From a virus (lineage: Duplodnaviria > Caudoviricetes), in IMG/VR virus record IMGVR_UViG_3300043428_000023, positions 1-36,891 of that record: DNA of 36,891 bases; one strand, 5' to 3'. Positions 17,433 through 24,748 of the stretch are shown piece by piece. Within the stretch, counting starts at the first letter, position 1. Each line of letters starts with the position of its first letter. Below the pieces are notes generated by a model, which searched no databases, was not told the origin of the DNA, and saw nothing but the letters and a program-made list of their open reading frames with translations. Position numbers and translations under genes: made by a program.

Positions 17433-17682
17433 TCTCGCCGCCGCAGGCCAGATATCCGCAGCCGTCGATCCAGTTGTCCGCGTGGGCCGGGTTCGACTTG
17501 GCGCGGGCCAGCTTCAAAAGGGTCATCATGATGGCCACGTCGTGCGGCTTGATGTTGCGGTTCAAGTGAGCTGACCAGTACGCTGCAATCAGGCCGAAGT
17601 TGTCCTCGGCGGACCCGTGCGTCGCCGCGCGGTCAACCATGATGAACTCTTTGGCCGTGTCCAAGATTTTTGCCCGGTTCAC
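17413..17682 (-). CDS. DUF6378-like protein
   Basis: R..ILD.AK..I..DRAATHG.AEDNF..IA.YWSAHL...DVA.MM.LLKLAR...DNW.D..GY; GTG start overlapping the upstream stop. Confidence 0.82.
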   Translation of the reverse strand: MNRAKILDTAKEFIMVDRAATHGSAEDNFGLIAAYWSAHLNRNIKPHDVAIMMTLLKLARAKSNPAHADNWIDGCGYLACGGEIATGEG

Positions 17683-17885
17683 TTGGACACCCATTCTTCT
17701 TCGAACCGCAGATCTTCGATCCCGGTTATGTCTGCGATGCGGTGGCGGTAGACTGCCGACGGGACGAACCTCCCCGTCATCCAGCGGCTAAAGCTGGACG
17801 ATGCCACGGGGATCTGCTGGGCGATCCAGCCCAGCTTGCGCCCGTCCTTGGCGCACCAGTCCCTGATTTGTCGTTGGGCCATCAT
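17679..17885 (-). CDS. XRE/Cro-like HTH regulator (68 aa)
   Basis: LGWIAQQIPVASSSFSRWMTGRFVPS HTH; AGGAG RBS; no S24 peptidase domain. Confidence 0.82.
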   Translation of the reverse strand: MMAQRQIRDWCAKDGRKLGWIAQQIPVASSSFSRWMTGRFVPSAVYRHRIADITGIEDLRFEEEWVSK

Positions 17886-17914
17886 TGGAGCTCTCCTGTG
17901 TTTCGGTGCCACCA

Positions 17915-17985
17915 GACCTAGAGGCTAAAATAATTAGCGTCAAGTGCATTTATTTTCTTGCACGCTGCAAATCAGGGTTTATAAG
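17915..17985. promoter_or_regulatory. Divergent early promoters
   Basis: Plus: TTGCAC(17958)-N16-TATAAG(17980); minus: TTGACG(17943)-N17-TAGGTC; AT-rich spacer between the HTH gene and the early array. Confidence 0.6.
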
Positions 17986-18010
17986 TGGTGGCACGAACTA
18001 GCAAACAAGG

Positions 18011-18271
18011 ATGACCCAGATGACCATCGCTTTCATCAAACTGACCTCCTACGAAAACCGCGTGATCCAGTTCTGGAAAGATAACGTCAACGCCGCATCA
18101 GTCACCCATCTTGATGTCCTGATCGACAGCTACAACGAGTATGCCGTCGAGGCGGGTCCGAACGGGCAGTTCTGCGAATACACCCGCGAGATGCTGGAGC
18201 CGCTCAAGGCCGAGATTGACGACCGCTTGGAGACAATCCTTGAGCGTTATGCGGATTGGGCGTCCGACTGA
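18011..18271 (+). CDS. Early hypothetical protein (86 aa, acidic)
   Basis: First gene after the early promoter; AAGG RBS. Confidence 0.75.
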   Translation: MTQMTIAFIKLTSYENRVIQFWKDNVNAASVTHLDVLIDSYNEYAVEAGPNGQFCEYTREMLEPLKAEIDDRLETILERYADWASD

Positions 18272-18405
18272 TGACCCTCGCCGACCACCTCGACCTGCTG
18301 GGGATCATTCCCCGGCAGGCCCCGCCGAAGCCCACCCCACAGCCAGCAGCCTACGCGCCGCCCCAGTGGAAACCAACTTACCAAGGCGAAGAGCCGCCGT
18401 TTTAA
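18271..18405 (+). CDS. Small Pro-rich peptide (44 aa) ending GEEPPF
   Basis: Hand translation MTLADHLDLLGIIPRQAPPKPTPQPAAYAPPQWKPTYQGEEPPF*; TGATG coupling; below the ORF-track cutoff. Confidence 0.7.
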   Translation: MTLADHLDLLGIIPRQAPPKPTPQPAAYAPPQWKPTYQGEEPPF

Positions 18406-18417
18406 TAGGAGACTAGC

Positions 18418-18612
18418 ATGACCAACATCACCATCACCATCACGCTGGAGCAGGCCGAGACCGCGCTGGATTGCATCGACCGCGACATGGACTACAGCAC
18501 GCACGACCAGCCAGATTATCACGACCTCAGTGAGATGCTGCACAACCTGCGCCGCATTGAACTGCGCCAGCGCCTGACATCTGCCATCAACGCCAACAAG
18601 GAAATCAAATAA
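18418..18612 (+). CDS. Early hypothetical protein (64 aa)
   Basis: AGGAG RBS; tight packing. Confidence 0.75.
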   Translation: MTNITITITLEQAETALDCIDRDMDYSTHDQPDYHDLSEMLHNLRRIELRQRLTSAINANKEIK

Positions 18613-18710
18613 TGCGTATCCGAGACATCCTCGCCGACCTGATCGGCATCTTCGCCCTCTTCGGCCTGCTTTACGCTGGCTTCATGTTCGGCCTCGGGAT
18701 GGGGTGGTGA
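18612..18710 (+). CDS. Single-TM micro-protein (32 aa)
   Basis: MRIRDILADLIGIFALFGLLYAGFMFGLGMGW*; TAATG coupling. Confidence 0.7.
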   Translation: MRIRDILADLIGIFALFGLLYAGFMFGLGMGW

Positions 18711-18711
18711 C

Positions 18712-18903
18712 ATGGCCGTCAGACTTGGAGCAATGGACACGCACATCGTGCTGACCGCGCTGTGGGATTATCGGGAGACGCTGACCATCGCCAATGATAC
18801 TGCGCCGACCCCGCACATTCAGGCAAGGATCGACAGCGTTGATCGCCTGATCGCATCGTTCAAGAAATCATACTTCGCCTTGGACAGATTGGGGATCATG
18901 TGA
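18712..18903 (+). CDS. Early hypothetical protein (63 aa)
   Basis: Packed in operon. Confidence 0.72.
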   Translation: MAVRLGAMDTHIVLTALWDYRETLTIANDTAPTPHIQARIDSVDRLIASFKKSYFALDRLGIM

Positions 18904-19079
18904 TGACCGAAGCAGACAAACTCCGCGAATACATCGCCACGAAAGAGAAACAGCTTGCCGATCTTGAGGCAAAGTACCCCGGAGTTCGACCGGGTTGGGT
19001 CTCGGAAGAGACGACCACACTGTGGTTCTATCTGATGGACGCCAAGGCTGAATTGCAAAAACTGGAAGCAGAGGAATAA
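18903..19079 (+). CDS. Early hypothetical coiled-coil protein (58 aa)
   Basis: MTEADKLREYIATKEKQLADLEAKYPGVRPGWVSEE...EAEE*; TGATG coupling. Confidence 0.7.
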   Translation: MTEADKLREYIATKEKQLADLEAKYPGVRPGWVSEETTTLWFYLMDAKAELQKLEAEE

Positions 19080-19082
19080 CAA

Positions 19083-19484
19083 ATGCAGCAAACAATCTTG
19101 CTGACCAACCAACTCGCCACGGGCAGTGCCTTCGCCCTAACGGCGGATAATCAGAATGTTTTTATACCCAGTAAGGTCATGCTCGAAAAAGGCGTGCGTG
19201 TCGGCCAGAAGGTGCAGGCCATCGTGGTGCCTAACATGACCCGGCCAGATCGCACGCCTTGGCTGGCGGTGAGCATTTTGGACGCAGCACCTCTGCCGCA
19301 AGAAGACGCGCTGGCCGAGATGATATTGGGCACCATCGAAAGCGATGGCCGTGGCACCGTCGAGGAAATCGCGACATCGCTGAACATGGCCAACGGACTC
19401 GCGGCTGCCAAGGTTTCCGAGTTGGTGGCGTCGGGACAGCTAGTGCGGCTGACCTGCTACGACCTGCCGGAGGAGGACGCATGA
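19083..19484 (+). CDS. Hypothetical protein (133 aa), possible OB/S1-like N-terminus and winged-HTH C-terminus
   Basis: GSAFA...NVFIP...GQKV beta pattern; GTVEEIATSLNM...V.ELV.SGQL wHTH pattern. Confidence 0.75.
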   Translation: MQQTILLTNQLATGSAFALTADNQNVFIPSKVMLEKGVRVGQKVQAIVVPNMTRPDRTPWLAVSILDAAPLPQEDALAEMILGTIESDGRGTVEEIATSLNMANGLAAAKVSELVASGQLVRLTCYDLPEEDA

Positions 19485-19744
19485 GCATTTCACGCAACAT
19501 GACAGAGAAGCATCTGGCCGATGTCATGGCGGCCTTGCCGGACAAGATGGACGAGGGGGAACTTTGCGCTCTGACGCTGACCGTTTATTCCGCCTATGTG
19601 AACGACCCTGCCGAAGTAATTTCGTCGCTGATCGCAGCTGTCTACACCTATGGGGCGGTTAAAGGTTTTAGCGCGAAAACAATGTCGGCTGGATTGCGAA
19701 TGAGCGCCGACCTGCACGACGAAAACCCGAAGACAAAGCACTGA
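19481..19744 (+). CDS. Hypothetical protein (87 aa); true start at 19481
   Basis: GGAGGA RBS and ATGA overlap; MSISRNMTEKHL. Confidence 0.72.
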   Translation: MSISRNMTEKHLADVMAALPDKMDEGELCALTLTVYSAYVNDPAEVISSLIAAVYTYGAVKGFSAKTMSAGLRMSADLHDENPKTKH

Positions 19745-19754
19745 GGAGCGAGCG

Positions 19755-19970
19755 ATGTTTTTCCGCAAGAAACCAGAAACGATGCCCGTGCGGGACGTGC
19801 AGTCCGAGGCGGTGGCGGCGATCATACAGGGCTCGGCAATCCTGCCGTCTCGTCGTTTGACAGGGGCGATCTTCACTGCCCTGCTCGACAACCCCGGGAT
19901 CAGCGTGGCGGAGCTCGACGATCTAGCCAACAAGATTTCGCGGCTGGCTTGGAACAGGGGGCGGAAATGA
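19755..19970 (+). CDS. Hypothetical protein (71 aa)
   Basis: GAGGAG RBS. Confidence 0.75.
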   Translation: MFFRKKPETMPVRDVQSEAVAAIIQGSAILPSRRLTGAIFTALLDNPGISVAELDDLANKISRLAWNRGRK

Positions 19971-20134
19971 GAGACTTCTGGATAACCGTGCCGCTGGCGG
20001 GCATCGCCTGCCTTGCGTTCTTTATCTACGGCATCGGTCATCTGATCCTTGCCGACTCGGAGCGAGGTCAGGCGCGGTATGAGCAGTGCATCGCCGCCGA
20101 CAAGCAGTGGGTGCAGGGGAGTTGTGTGAAATGA
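19967..20134 (+). CDS. Small membrane protein (55 aa) with C-terminal Cys pair
   Basis: N-terminal TM, YEQCIAADKQWVQGSC; ATGA overlaps on both sides. Confidence 0.72.
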   Translation: MRDFWITVPLAGIACLAFFIYGIGHLILADSERGQARYEQCIAADKQWVQGSCVK

Positions 20135-20394
20135 CTGACGACAAGGAACTGATCGCACGGCTGCGGGGTGCCTGCTACTTGGCCTTTGATGACGGGACCA
20201 ATGACTTCGGAACAGCACCCGAAGCCGCCGACCGCATCGAAGCCCTGACCAAGGAGCGGAATGCGCTTCGGTCTGCACTAAACCGCATTCGCCCTATCCC
20301 AGAAAGAATTTTGCGCGGCATTCCTGTTCGCGATTTAGCAGAAACACTGGCAGAAGCTGACAGCGCGTTGATCAAAGGAGAGAGCCATGAGTGA
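20131..20394 (+). CDS. Hypothetical protein (87 aa) with AADRIEALT motif
   Basis: MTDDKELIARLR...EAADRIEALT...IKGESHE. Confidence 0.72.
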   Translation: MTDDKELIARLRGACYLAFDDGTNDFGTAPEAADRIEALTKERNALRSALNRIRPIPERILRGIPVRDLAETLAEADSALIKGESHE

Positions 20395-20654
20395 CCAAAC
20401 ATGCTGTGGCGCTTGCGGCTATCCAGTACATGCGACCAAAGAAATGGCTTGCGATTGGTGCCGCAAATCCGCCGCCCGCATCGAGGCTCTGACTGACAAG
20501 CTGGCGAAGGCGGAAGCTGGGCTGCTCGCCATTGCTAAGCGCGATGAGCAAATGATCTGGGGCGAAGACTATGAGGTGGAAGAAGCATTCAAAGATATGC
20601 GCGACATCGCCCTCGCCACCCTCGCAGAGATCAAAGGAGAGAGCCATGAGTGAC
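20370..20654 (+). repeat. 26-bp direct repeat GATCAAAGGAGAGAGCCATGAGTGAC flanking one gene
   Basis: Exact copies at 20370..20395 and 20629..20654, each spanning RBS, start and stop. Confidence 0.9.
20387..20653 (+). CDS. Hypothetical protein (88 aa) with N-terminal Zn-ribbon-like CxxC pairs
   Basis: CGAC...CDWC, SAARIEALT, ends IKGESHE. Confidence 0.75.
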   Translation: MSDQTCCGACGYPVHATKEMACDWCRKSAARIEALTDKLAKAEAGLLAIAKRDEQMIWGEDYEVEEAFKDMRDIALATLAEIKGESHE

Positions 20655-20819
20655 ATCCGCATCTTCAAGGGCGATGGCAAGCGGGCCGAGGACGTGACCG
20701 GGGAACTGGGCGACCGCATCAAAGCCCTGATCTATGAATATAGCGGAAGAATGCCACTCGCCGCTGCCGTTGGTGTCCTGCATCTTGTGGCTTACGAAAT
20801 CACAAGGGACAGCGACTGA
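20646..20819 (+). CDS. Hypothetical protein (57 aa)
   Basis: Starts in the second repeat copy: MSDIRIFKGDG...LGDRIKALI. Confidence 0.7.
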   Translation: MSDIRIFKGDGKRAEDVTGELGDRIKALIYEYSGRMPLAAAVGVLHLVAYEITRDSD

Positions 20820-21007
20820 TGACACGCACCCGGCACGACACATCTCCACAAGCGCAGGCAATCCGCGCCGCTGGCTTTGTGCGCGTGCCGGGTGGGCTTT
20901 GGGCCACGCAGGAGCAACTGGACCTGATCCTTTATATGCTTCAGCAAAACTTAGACACCATAAGCAAGATCAAGGACAGATACGAATGGCACCGCCGAGA
21001 CGACTGA
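20819..21007 (+). CDS. Hypothetical protein (62 aa)
   Basis: TGATG coupling; AIRAAGFVRVPGGLW. Confidence 0.68.
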   Translation: MTRTRHDTSPQAQAIRAAGFVRVPGGLWATQEQLDLILYMLQQNLDTISKIKDRYEWHRRDD

Positions 21008-21270
21008 TTACCCGCGACATGATCCAAGCCGCCAAGGACCAAGGCTGGCATCTTACCATGGCCGCAAACCATTACGGAATGCACCGCTCTAGCATCGCGG
21101 CCGCCTGTGAGCGTTTCGGCATCGTTCTGCCGATGCACCCGTTCTCCCCGCAACGAGTCAGCCCAAAGAGCAAGGTGTGGATTGACATCGCTGACGGCGA
21201 GACAAAGCCCAAGATCAAACTGTCAGCCAGCCCTGCGGCGGTCGAGCGGGCCTTGGCGAGGAAGGCCTGA
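20986..21270 (+). CDS. HTH DNA-binding protein (94 aa), candidate late/middle transcription regulator
   Basis: GWHLTMAANHYGMHRSSIAAACERFGI HTH; start revised from 20734. Confidence 0.72.
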   Translation: MAPPRRLITRDMIQAAKDQGWHLTMAANHYGMHRSSIAAACERFGIVLPMHPFSPQRVSPKSKVWIDIADGETKPKIKLSASPAAVERALARKA

Positions 21271-21271
21271 C

Positions 21272-21709
21272 ATGAGACCCATCTACGAAACGCAGAGCAA
21301 CAGGCAGGCAGAGGCTGAGTTTTCAACCCTATTGTCAGAGGCCTTTAATTGCAGCCTGCACAAGCTGCCAATACGATATGGCCTCGACTTCAGCGCGGTA
21401 AAAAATGATATTATCCTTGGCTTCTTGGAGACAAAGATCAGAACCAACCCCGTGCATCGATATCCAACCTACATGATCTCTTTGGGAAAGTTCATGTCAG
21501 CCAACGCGCTCACGCAGGCTACCGGGAAGAACTGCAGGCTGGCGGTGAGATGGTCTGACGCGTGGGGATACGTTTACCTAAAGATGACACCCGACATCTC
21601 AATCTCAATGGGCGGCAGGCGTGATCGGGGAGACGAGCAGGACATTGAGCCAGTGTGTCTTATCCCGATATCATCTTTTCAAATTACATTCTTGAAGGGG
21701 CCATCTTGA
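21272..21709 (+). CDS. PD-(D/E)XK-like nuclease (145 aa)
   Basis: E...YGLDF...FLETKIR...YPTYMISL.K pattern (D...ExK); start revised to 21272. Confidence 0.7.
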   Translation: MRPIYETQSNRQAEAEFSTLLSEAFNCSLHKLPIRYGLDFSAVKNDIILGFLETKIRTNPVHRYPTYMISLGKFMSANALTQATGKNCRLAVRWSDAWGYVYLKMTPDISISMGGRRDRGDEQDIEPVCLIPISSFQITFLKGPS

Positions 21710-21725
21710 CCCGTTAAGAATGTTG

Positions 21726-21823
21726 GCGAGGGGCGCACACAATCAAGAAACCGTCACGGGTTGCTTTGTGTTGGTCGACGATCAGACTGCGCTACGGCTT
21801 ATCATCACCAGCGCGCCCCTCGC
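21726..21823 (-). ncRNA. Candidate structured element (three-way junction) at the convergence of early and late transcription
   Basis: 11-bp closing stem GCGAGGGGCGC/GCGCCCCTCGC enclosing two hairpins; function unknown. Confidence 0.45.
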
Positions 21824-21962
21824 GATCTTTCATCCTCTCAGCCAGCGCCAGCACAAGGCCGCCGAACTGGCCGAATGGAATGATGGCCCGATGCTGGCCG
21901 AACCAGACAATCAGGCCATCGCGTGTCACCCGCCAAGACGCTATGGGATAGCCGTCTTTCAC
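21792..21962 (-). CDS. Small hypothetical protein (56 aa) after the endolysin
   Basis: GTGA overlap with the endolysin stop; MKDGYPIASWRVTRDGLIVWFGQHRAIIPFGQFGGLVLALAERMKDREGRAGDDKP*. Confidence 0.55.
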   Translation of the reverse strand: MKDGYPIASWRVTRDGLIVWFGQHRAIIPFGQFGGLVLALAERMKDREGRAGDDKP

Positions 21963-22786
21963 CCCAGCAGCTTCGCCAGTGTCTTCGGGCCAGCCACGCC
22001 GTCAGCGGTCAGACCGTTGGCCGACTGCCACTTTTTCAGAGCCGCCTCGGTGCCGGGGCCAAAGTCGCCGTCAGCCACAAGGCCCAGCTTGGCCTGCATC
22101 TGCTTGACCTCGTCACCCTTAGAGCCACGGCGCAGAGTGCCGCCAGAGGCCGCAGGAGCGGCGGAAGGCGCTGCGCCGCCGAGGATAGCCAGCGCCTCGT
22201 TATAGTGCTTCTTGCGGTCCTCTAGGCCAATTGTCCCACCGTTCACCAGTTTGGTCATCTTCACAATGTCAGAGGCATCACAGGCCGCATTCAGGTTGCG
22301 GCTTTTCCAGTACCAGCACGCACTCTCAAGCGCGCCTTTCTTGGTCTGTACATAGTCAATGACCTGCTCTGCTGTCAGGCCAATTGTCTTGCCGAAGTTG
22401 GTATAGTTTTCACGCCCCGTTAATTGGATCGGGCCTCGGCCTCTGAAGTTGTAACCGTCATTGCTGGCCGCATCGCCGTTGCCCATGCGGTTTGCGTAGA
22501 CCACGTTGGCGATCTTCTGCGGCTGTTTTGCATACTCTGCCGCGTTGCGCCCAGCGTTCTTAAAGTATTTGGGAAAAATCTTGTCGAGCGTTTCAGCCCG
22601 GTAGAACAGATTTTCTTCAAGCACTTTTAGGGATTGGCTCTCATGGCCCGTCTGTGCGAAGAAACCAGCCACGCGGTTTGGCGTGTTGATCTCATACTTT
22701 GGCAGGATTTCCATTGCGGCATCAGCCCATGCCTCTGCCTCTGGGTTGCCGTGCAAAAGATGGACGATCTTTTCTTTGGTCAGCAT
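21959..22786 (-). CDS. Endolysin: GH19 (chitinase-like) catalytic domain + C-terminal PG_binding_1 domain
   Basis: FAQTGHES, LEENL, ANVVYANRMGNG, FRGRGPIQLTGRENY and VNGG..GLEDR; LRRGSKG..V...Q..L...ADGDFGPGTE..LKKWQ..NGL.ADG.AGP.T. Confidence 0.95.
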   Translation of the reverse strand: MLTKEKIVHLLHGNPEAEAWADAAMEILPKYEINTPNRVAGFFAQTGHESQSLKVLEENLFYRAETLDKIFPKYFKNAGRNAAEYAKQPQKIANVVYANRMGNGDAASNDGYNFRGRGPIQLTGRENYTNFGKTIGLTAEQVIDYVQTKKGALESACWYWKSRNLNAACDASDIVKMTKLVNGGTIGLEDRKKHYNEALAILGGAAPSAAPAASGGTLRRGSKGDEVKQMQAKLGLVADGDFGPGTEAALKKWQSANGLTADGVAGPKTLAKLLG

Positions 22787-22797
22787 TTTTCAGGCTC

Positions 22798-23199
22798 CTA
22801 TTCGCACCACGAGGACTTGGCCTCGCCTTTGTATGGACGGGCTAGGCCCGCAGAGATCAGACTTTGGGCTAGGCTTTGGTGGTCCAGATAGACATCACCC
22901 AGCACCCTGCCGCCGTATTTGTCCCACTTGAGGATTTTGATATCGACCTCGAGGGCGTTGGCCACAGCGTTCTTGGTGAAGGCGCTGGCCTTCTTGGCCA
23001 AGGCGGCCTCGGCATCGCATTGAGCGCGAGGGGCTTTCTCAGGCGTATCTATGCCGATGACCCTGATCGACAGCTTGGGCGGCAGGGGCGACGGTAGAAA
23101 ATCCACCGCAATCTCCACGGTATCGCCGTCAATGATGCGGGTGATCTCATAAGCATGAGCAGGCGCAGCCGTCAGCAGGAGCAGGGCCAGCCATTTCAT
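22798..23199 (-). CDS. Thermonuclease (SNase-like) with Sec signal peptide
   Basis: MKWLALLLLTAAPAHA signal; IDGDT, IRVIGIDTPE, DKYGGRVLG and LISAGLARPY motifs. Confidence 0.92.
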   Translation of the reverse strand: MKWLALLLLTAAPAHAYEITRIIDGDTVEIAVDFLPSPLPPKLSIRVIGIDTPEKAPRAQCDAEAALAKKASAFTKNAVANALEVDIKILKWDKYGGRVLGDVYLDHQSLAQSLISAGLARPYKGEAKSSWCE

Positions 23200-23411
23200 T
23201 TCTTCGGCTTCTTCTTCAGGACCGCGCCAAGCACAGCCTCCTGCGCCATGTCCTTGCCCATGCCGCCGAGAAGATCGCCCACGTTGCCCGTGGCGGCGAT
23301 CTTGATGGCACCTTCGACCGGGTCAGGCAGGTTCACCTTGTCCAGCACAGCGTCAACGACCTTGGCCTTGGCCTTGCGGCCAATCATCATTCCGATCATG
23401 CGTCCAATCAT
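23196..23411 (-). CDS. Small amphipathic protein in the lysis cassette (71 aa)
   Basis: ATGA coupling on both sides; basic C-terminus. Confidence 0.7.
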   Translation of the reverse strand: MIGRMIGMMIGRKAKAKVVDAVLDKVNLPDPVEGAIKIAATGNVGDLLGGMGKDMAQEAVLGAVLKKKPKK

Positions 23412-23686
23412 TCTTGCGACTCCTGTGGCGACGGCTCACTGCCGCCCTTGTTGCGGTTGCTGCCTGCCGAGAGTACGCCGCCGAGCGCACCAACCAGAAA
23501 GCTGGCGATGGGGGTGAGGATGGAAAACAGTGCGCGGTCGTTTTCGCTGCTCTCGCCCAGCGGCTGGGTGACAAAGATCAGCGCGTAAAGGGTGAAGAAC
23601 ACGATGCCGCCGAGAGTGCAGGTCAGCGCCACGCCGATGAAGTAGCGCAGCTTGGCTTCCATAAAGTCAGGATCGTTCTTGCTCAT
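23408..23686 (-). CDS. Two-TM holin-like membrane protein (92 aa); start revised to 23686
   Basis: Two hydrophobic segments and a polar tail; ATGA overlap; upstream of the endolysin. Confidence 0.65.
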   Translation of the reverse strand: MSKNDPDFMEAKLRYFIGVALTCTLGGIVFFTLYALIFVTQPLGESSENDRALFSILTPIASFLVGALGGVLSAGSNRNKGGSEPSPQESQE

Positions 23687-23868
23687 TCCGAAACTCCTGT
23701 CAGATCGGACGCACAGTTTCTTGTGCGAAGGCAAAGCGGAGGGTTGCATTCGACGGCGTCGAAAAGTTCTGGCGATTGGCATGGGTAACGATAAAATCCG
23801 TCACCGCTCAGCCACAGGATGCCGAAAATGCCAGCAACGAAGGCAAGCCAAGTTAGCTTCTCGCGCAT
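23683..23868 (-). CDS. Membrane-anchored Cys-rich small protein (61 aa), possible spanin-like component
   Basis: N-terminal TM then YRYPCQ..ECNPPLC...C; GGAGGT RBS. Confidence 0.7.
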   Translation of the reverse strand: MREKLTWLAFVAGIFGILWLSGDGFYRYPCQSPELFDAVECNPPLCLRTRNCASDLTGVSE

Positions 23869-23869
23869 C

Positions 23870-24361
23870 CTACCACCTCCCCATATAGCGGCCCCAGACA
23901 TACAGGCCGACGCCAGACAGCGCCACGGTCACCAAGATTATACCAGACCAGAGTAAAAACTCCATAATCGACTCGATGATCTCGCGGCGGCGGTAAACCT
24001 GCTCACGCTGCTGCTCCCGAACTCGGCGCTCGATGTTCTGAAAATCCAGCCAAGCGTCGTTGCCGTAGGTGTAGCTGATAAGCTGGCGCAACTCCTTGCG
24101 CTGTTGTTCGCATTGCTTCTGAGCAGCAAAGATGTCGATGGCACTCTTCTGGTTGCCACCGCCAAACAGCGTCTGGAACACGCCGGGAGGCTCGTTGGCC
24201 TTGTCCGCCGCGTAGGCAATGTCAGAGACGGCCTTGCCCCATTCAGACAGTTGGGACGCCATGTCCTGAATTTCGCGGCCAGCGGCGATGCCCTGCTTCA
24301 GCAGGCCGAAAGCCTTGCTGCCGACAGAGATGGCCATGCCAATGCTAACTGGGTCGAACAT
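23870..24361 (-). CDS. Hypothetical coiled-coil protein with C-terminal TM (163 aa)
   Basis: MFDPVSI N-terminus, helical body, hydrophobic C-terminus; in the lysis region. Confidence 0.8.
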   Translation of the reverse strand: MFDPVSIGMAISVGSKAFGLLKQGIAAGREIQDMASQLSEWGKAVSDIAYAADKANEPPGVFQTLFGGGNQKSAIDIFAAQKQCEQQRKELRQLISYTYGNDAWLDFQNIERRVREQQREQVYRRREIIESIMEFLLWSGIILVTVALSGVGLYVWGRYMGRW

Positions 24362-24505
24362 CTACAGGCTCCAGAACGGCGGACAAAAGGACAGCGGATG
24401 AACCGCCAGCGCGATGTCCGCAGTATACCTGCAAATCTTGACAAATACCATGCGCCCGTCGATCCAGATGTGCGTGTAAGCCACCCAGATCAACGGCACA
24501 GTCAC
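24362..24505 (-). CDS. Small hydrophobic protein (47 aa) with Cys pair
   Basis: Fills the gap exactly (GTGA overlap upstream, stop abuts the next ATG): MTVPLIWVAYTHIWIDGRMVFVKICRY...FCPPFWSL*. Confidence 0.55.
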   Translation of the reverse strand: MTVPLIWVAYTHIWIDGRMVFVKICRYTADIALAVHPLSFCPPFWSL

Positions 24506-24744
24506 CTTGCCAGACTTCTCAAGAGCGCGTCGATCTTGTGGTCAAGGTTGTCGATCCGAGCGATCAGCATGTTAATGCTGGCCTGCACGTCAGTCTTGGT
24601 GACGTAGTCGCGGGCCATCTCCTCGCGTGTGCGATTGAGCAGCACTTGAAGACGATGCACCTCGTCAGCGTGGCCTTTTAAGACCCAGCTAACGAGGCCG
24701 AGGACGGCTGAAAGACCTGCGCTCCAGAGCATCTCAGGTGTCAT
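24502..24744 (-). CDS. N-terminal TM + coiled-coil protein (80 aa), holin/XhlA- or i-spanin-like
   Basis: MLWSAGLSAVLGLVSWVLK then LLNRTREEMARDYVTKTD...RIDNLDHKID. Confidence 0.75.
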   Translation of the reverse strand: MTPEMLWSAGLSAVLGLVSWVLKGHADEVHRLQVLLNRTREEMARDYVTKTDVQASINMLIARIDNLDHKIDALLRSLAR

Positions 24745-24748
24745 CAGA

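Noticed and set aside
17413-17682. DUF6378-like gene as part of the base-modification system
   Set aside because: Distant from the cassette and common in phages; nothing in the sequence links them
20370-20654. CRISPR array or att sites
   Set aside because: Only two copies, 259 bp apart, coinciding with RBS/start; no cas genes or integrase
21726-21823. tRNA/tmRNA or hammerhead ribozyme identity for the structured element
   Set aside because: No T-loop GTTC cloverleaf and no CUGANGA/GAAA core on either strand
21720-22205. 161-aa plus-strand ORF
   Set aside because: Antisense to the endolysin and runs through the structured element; no RBS or motif
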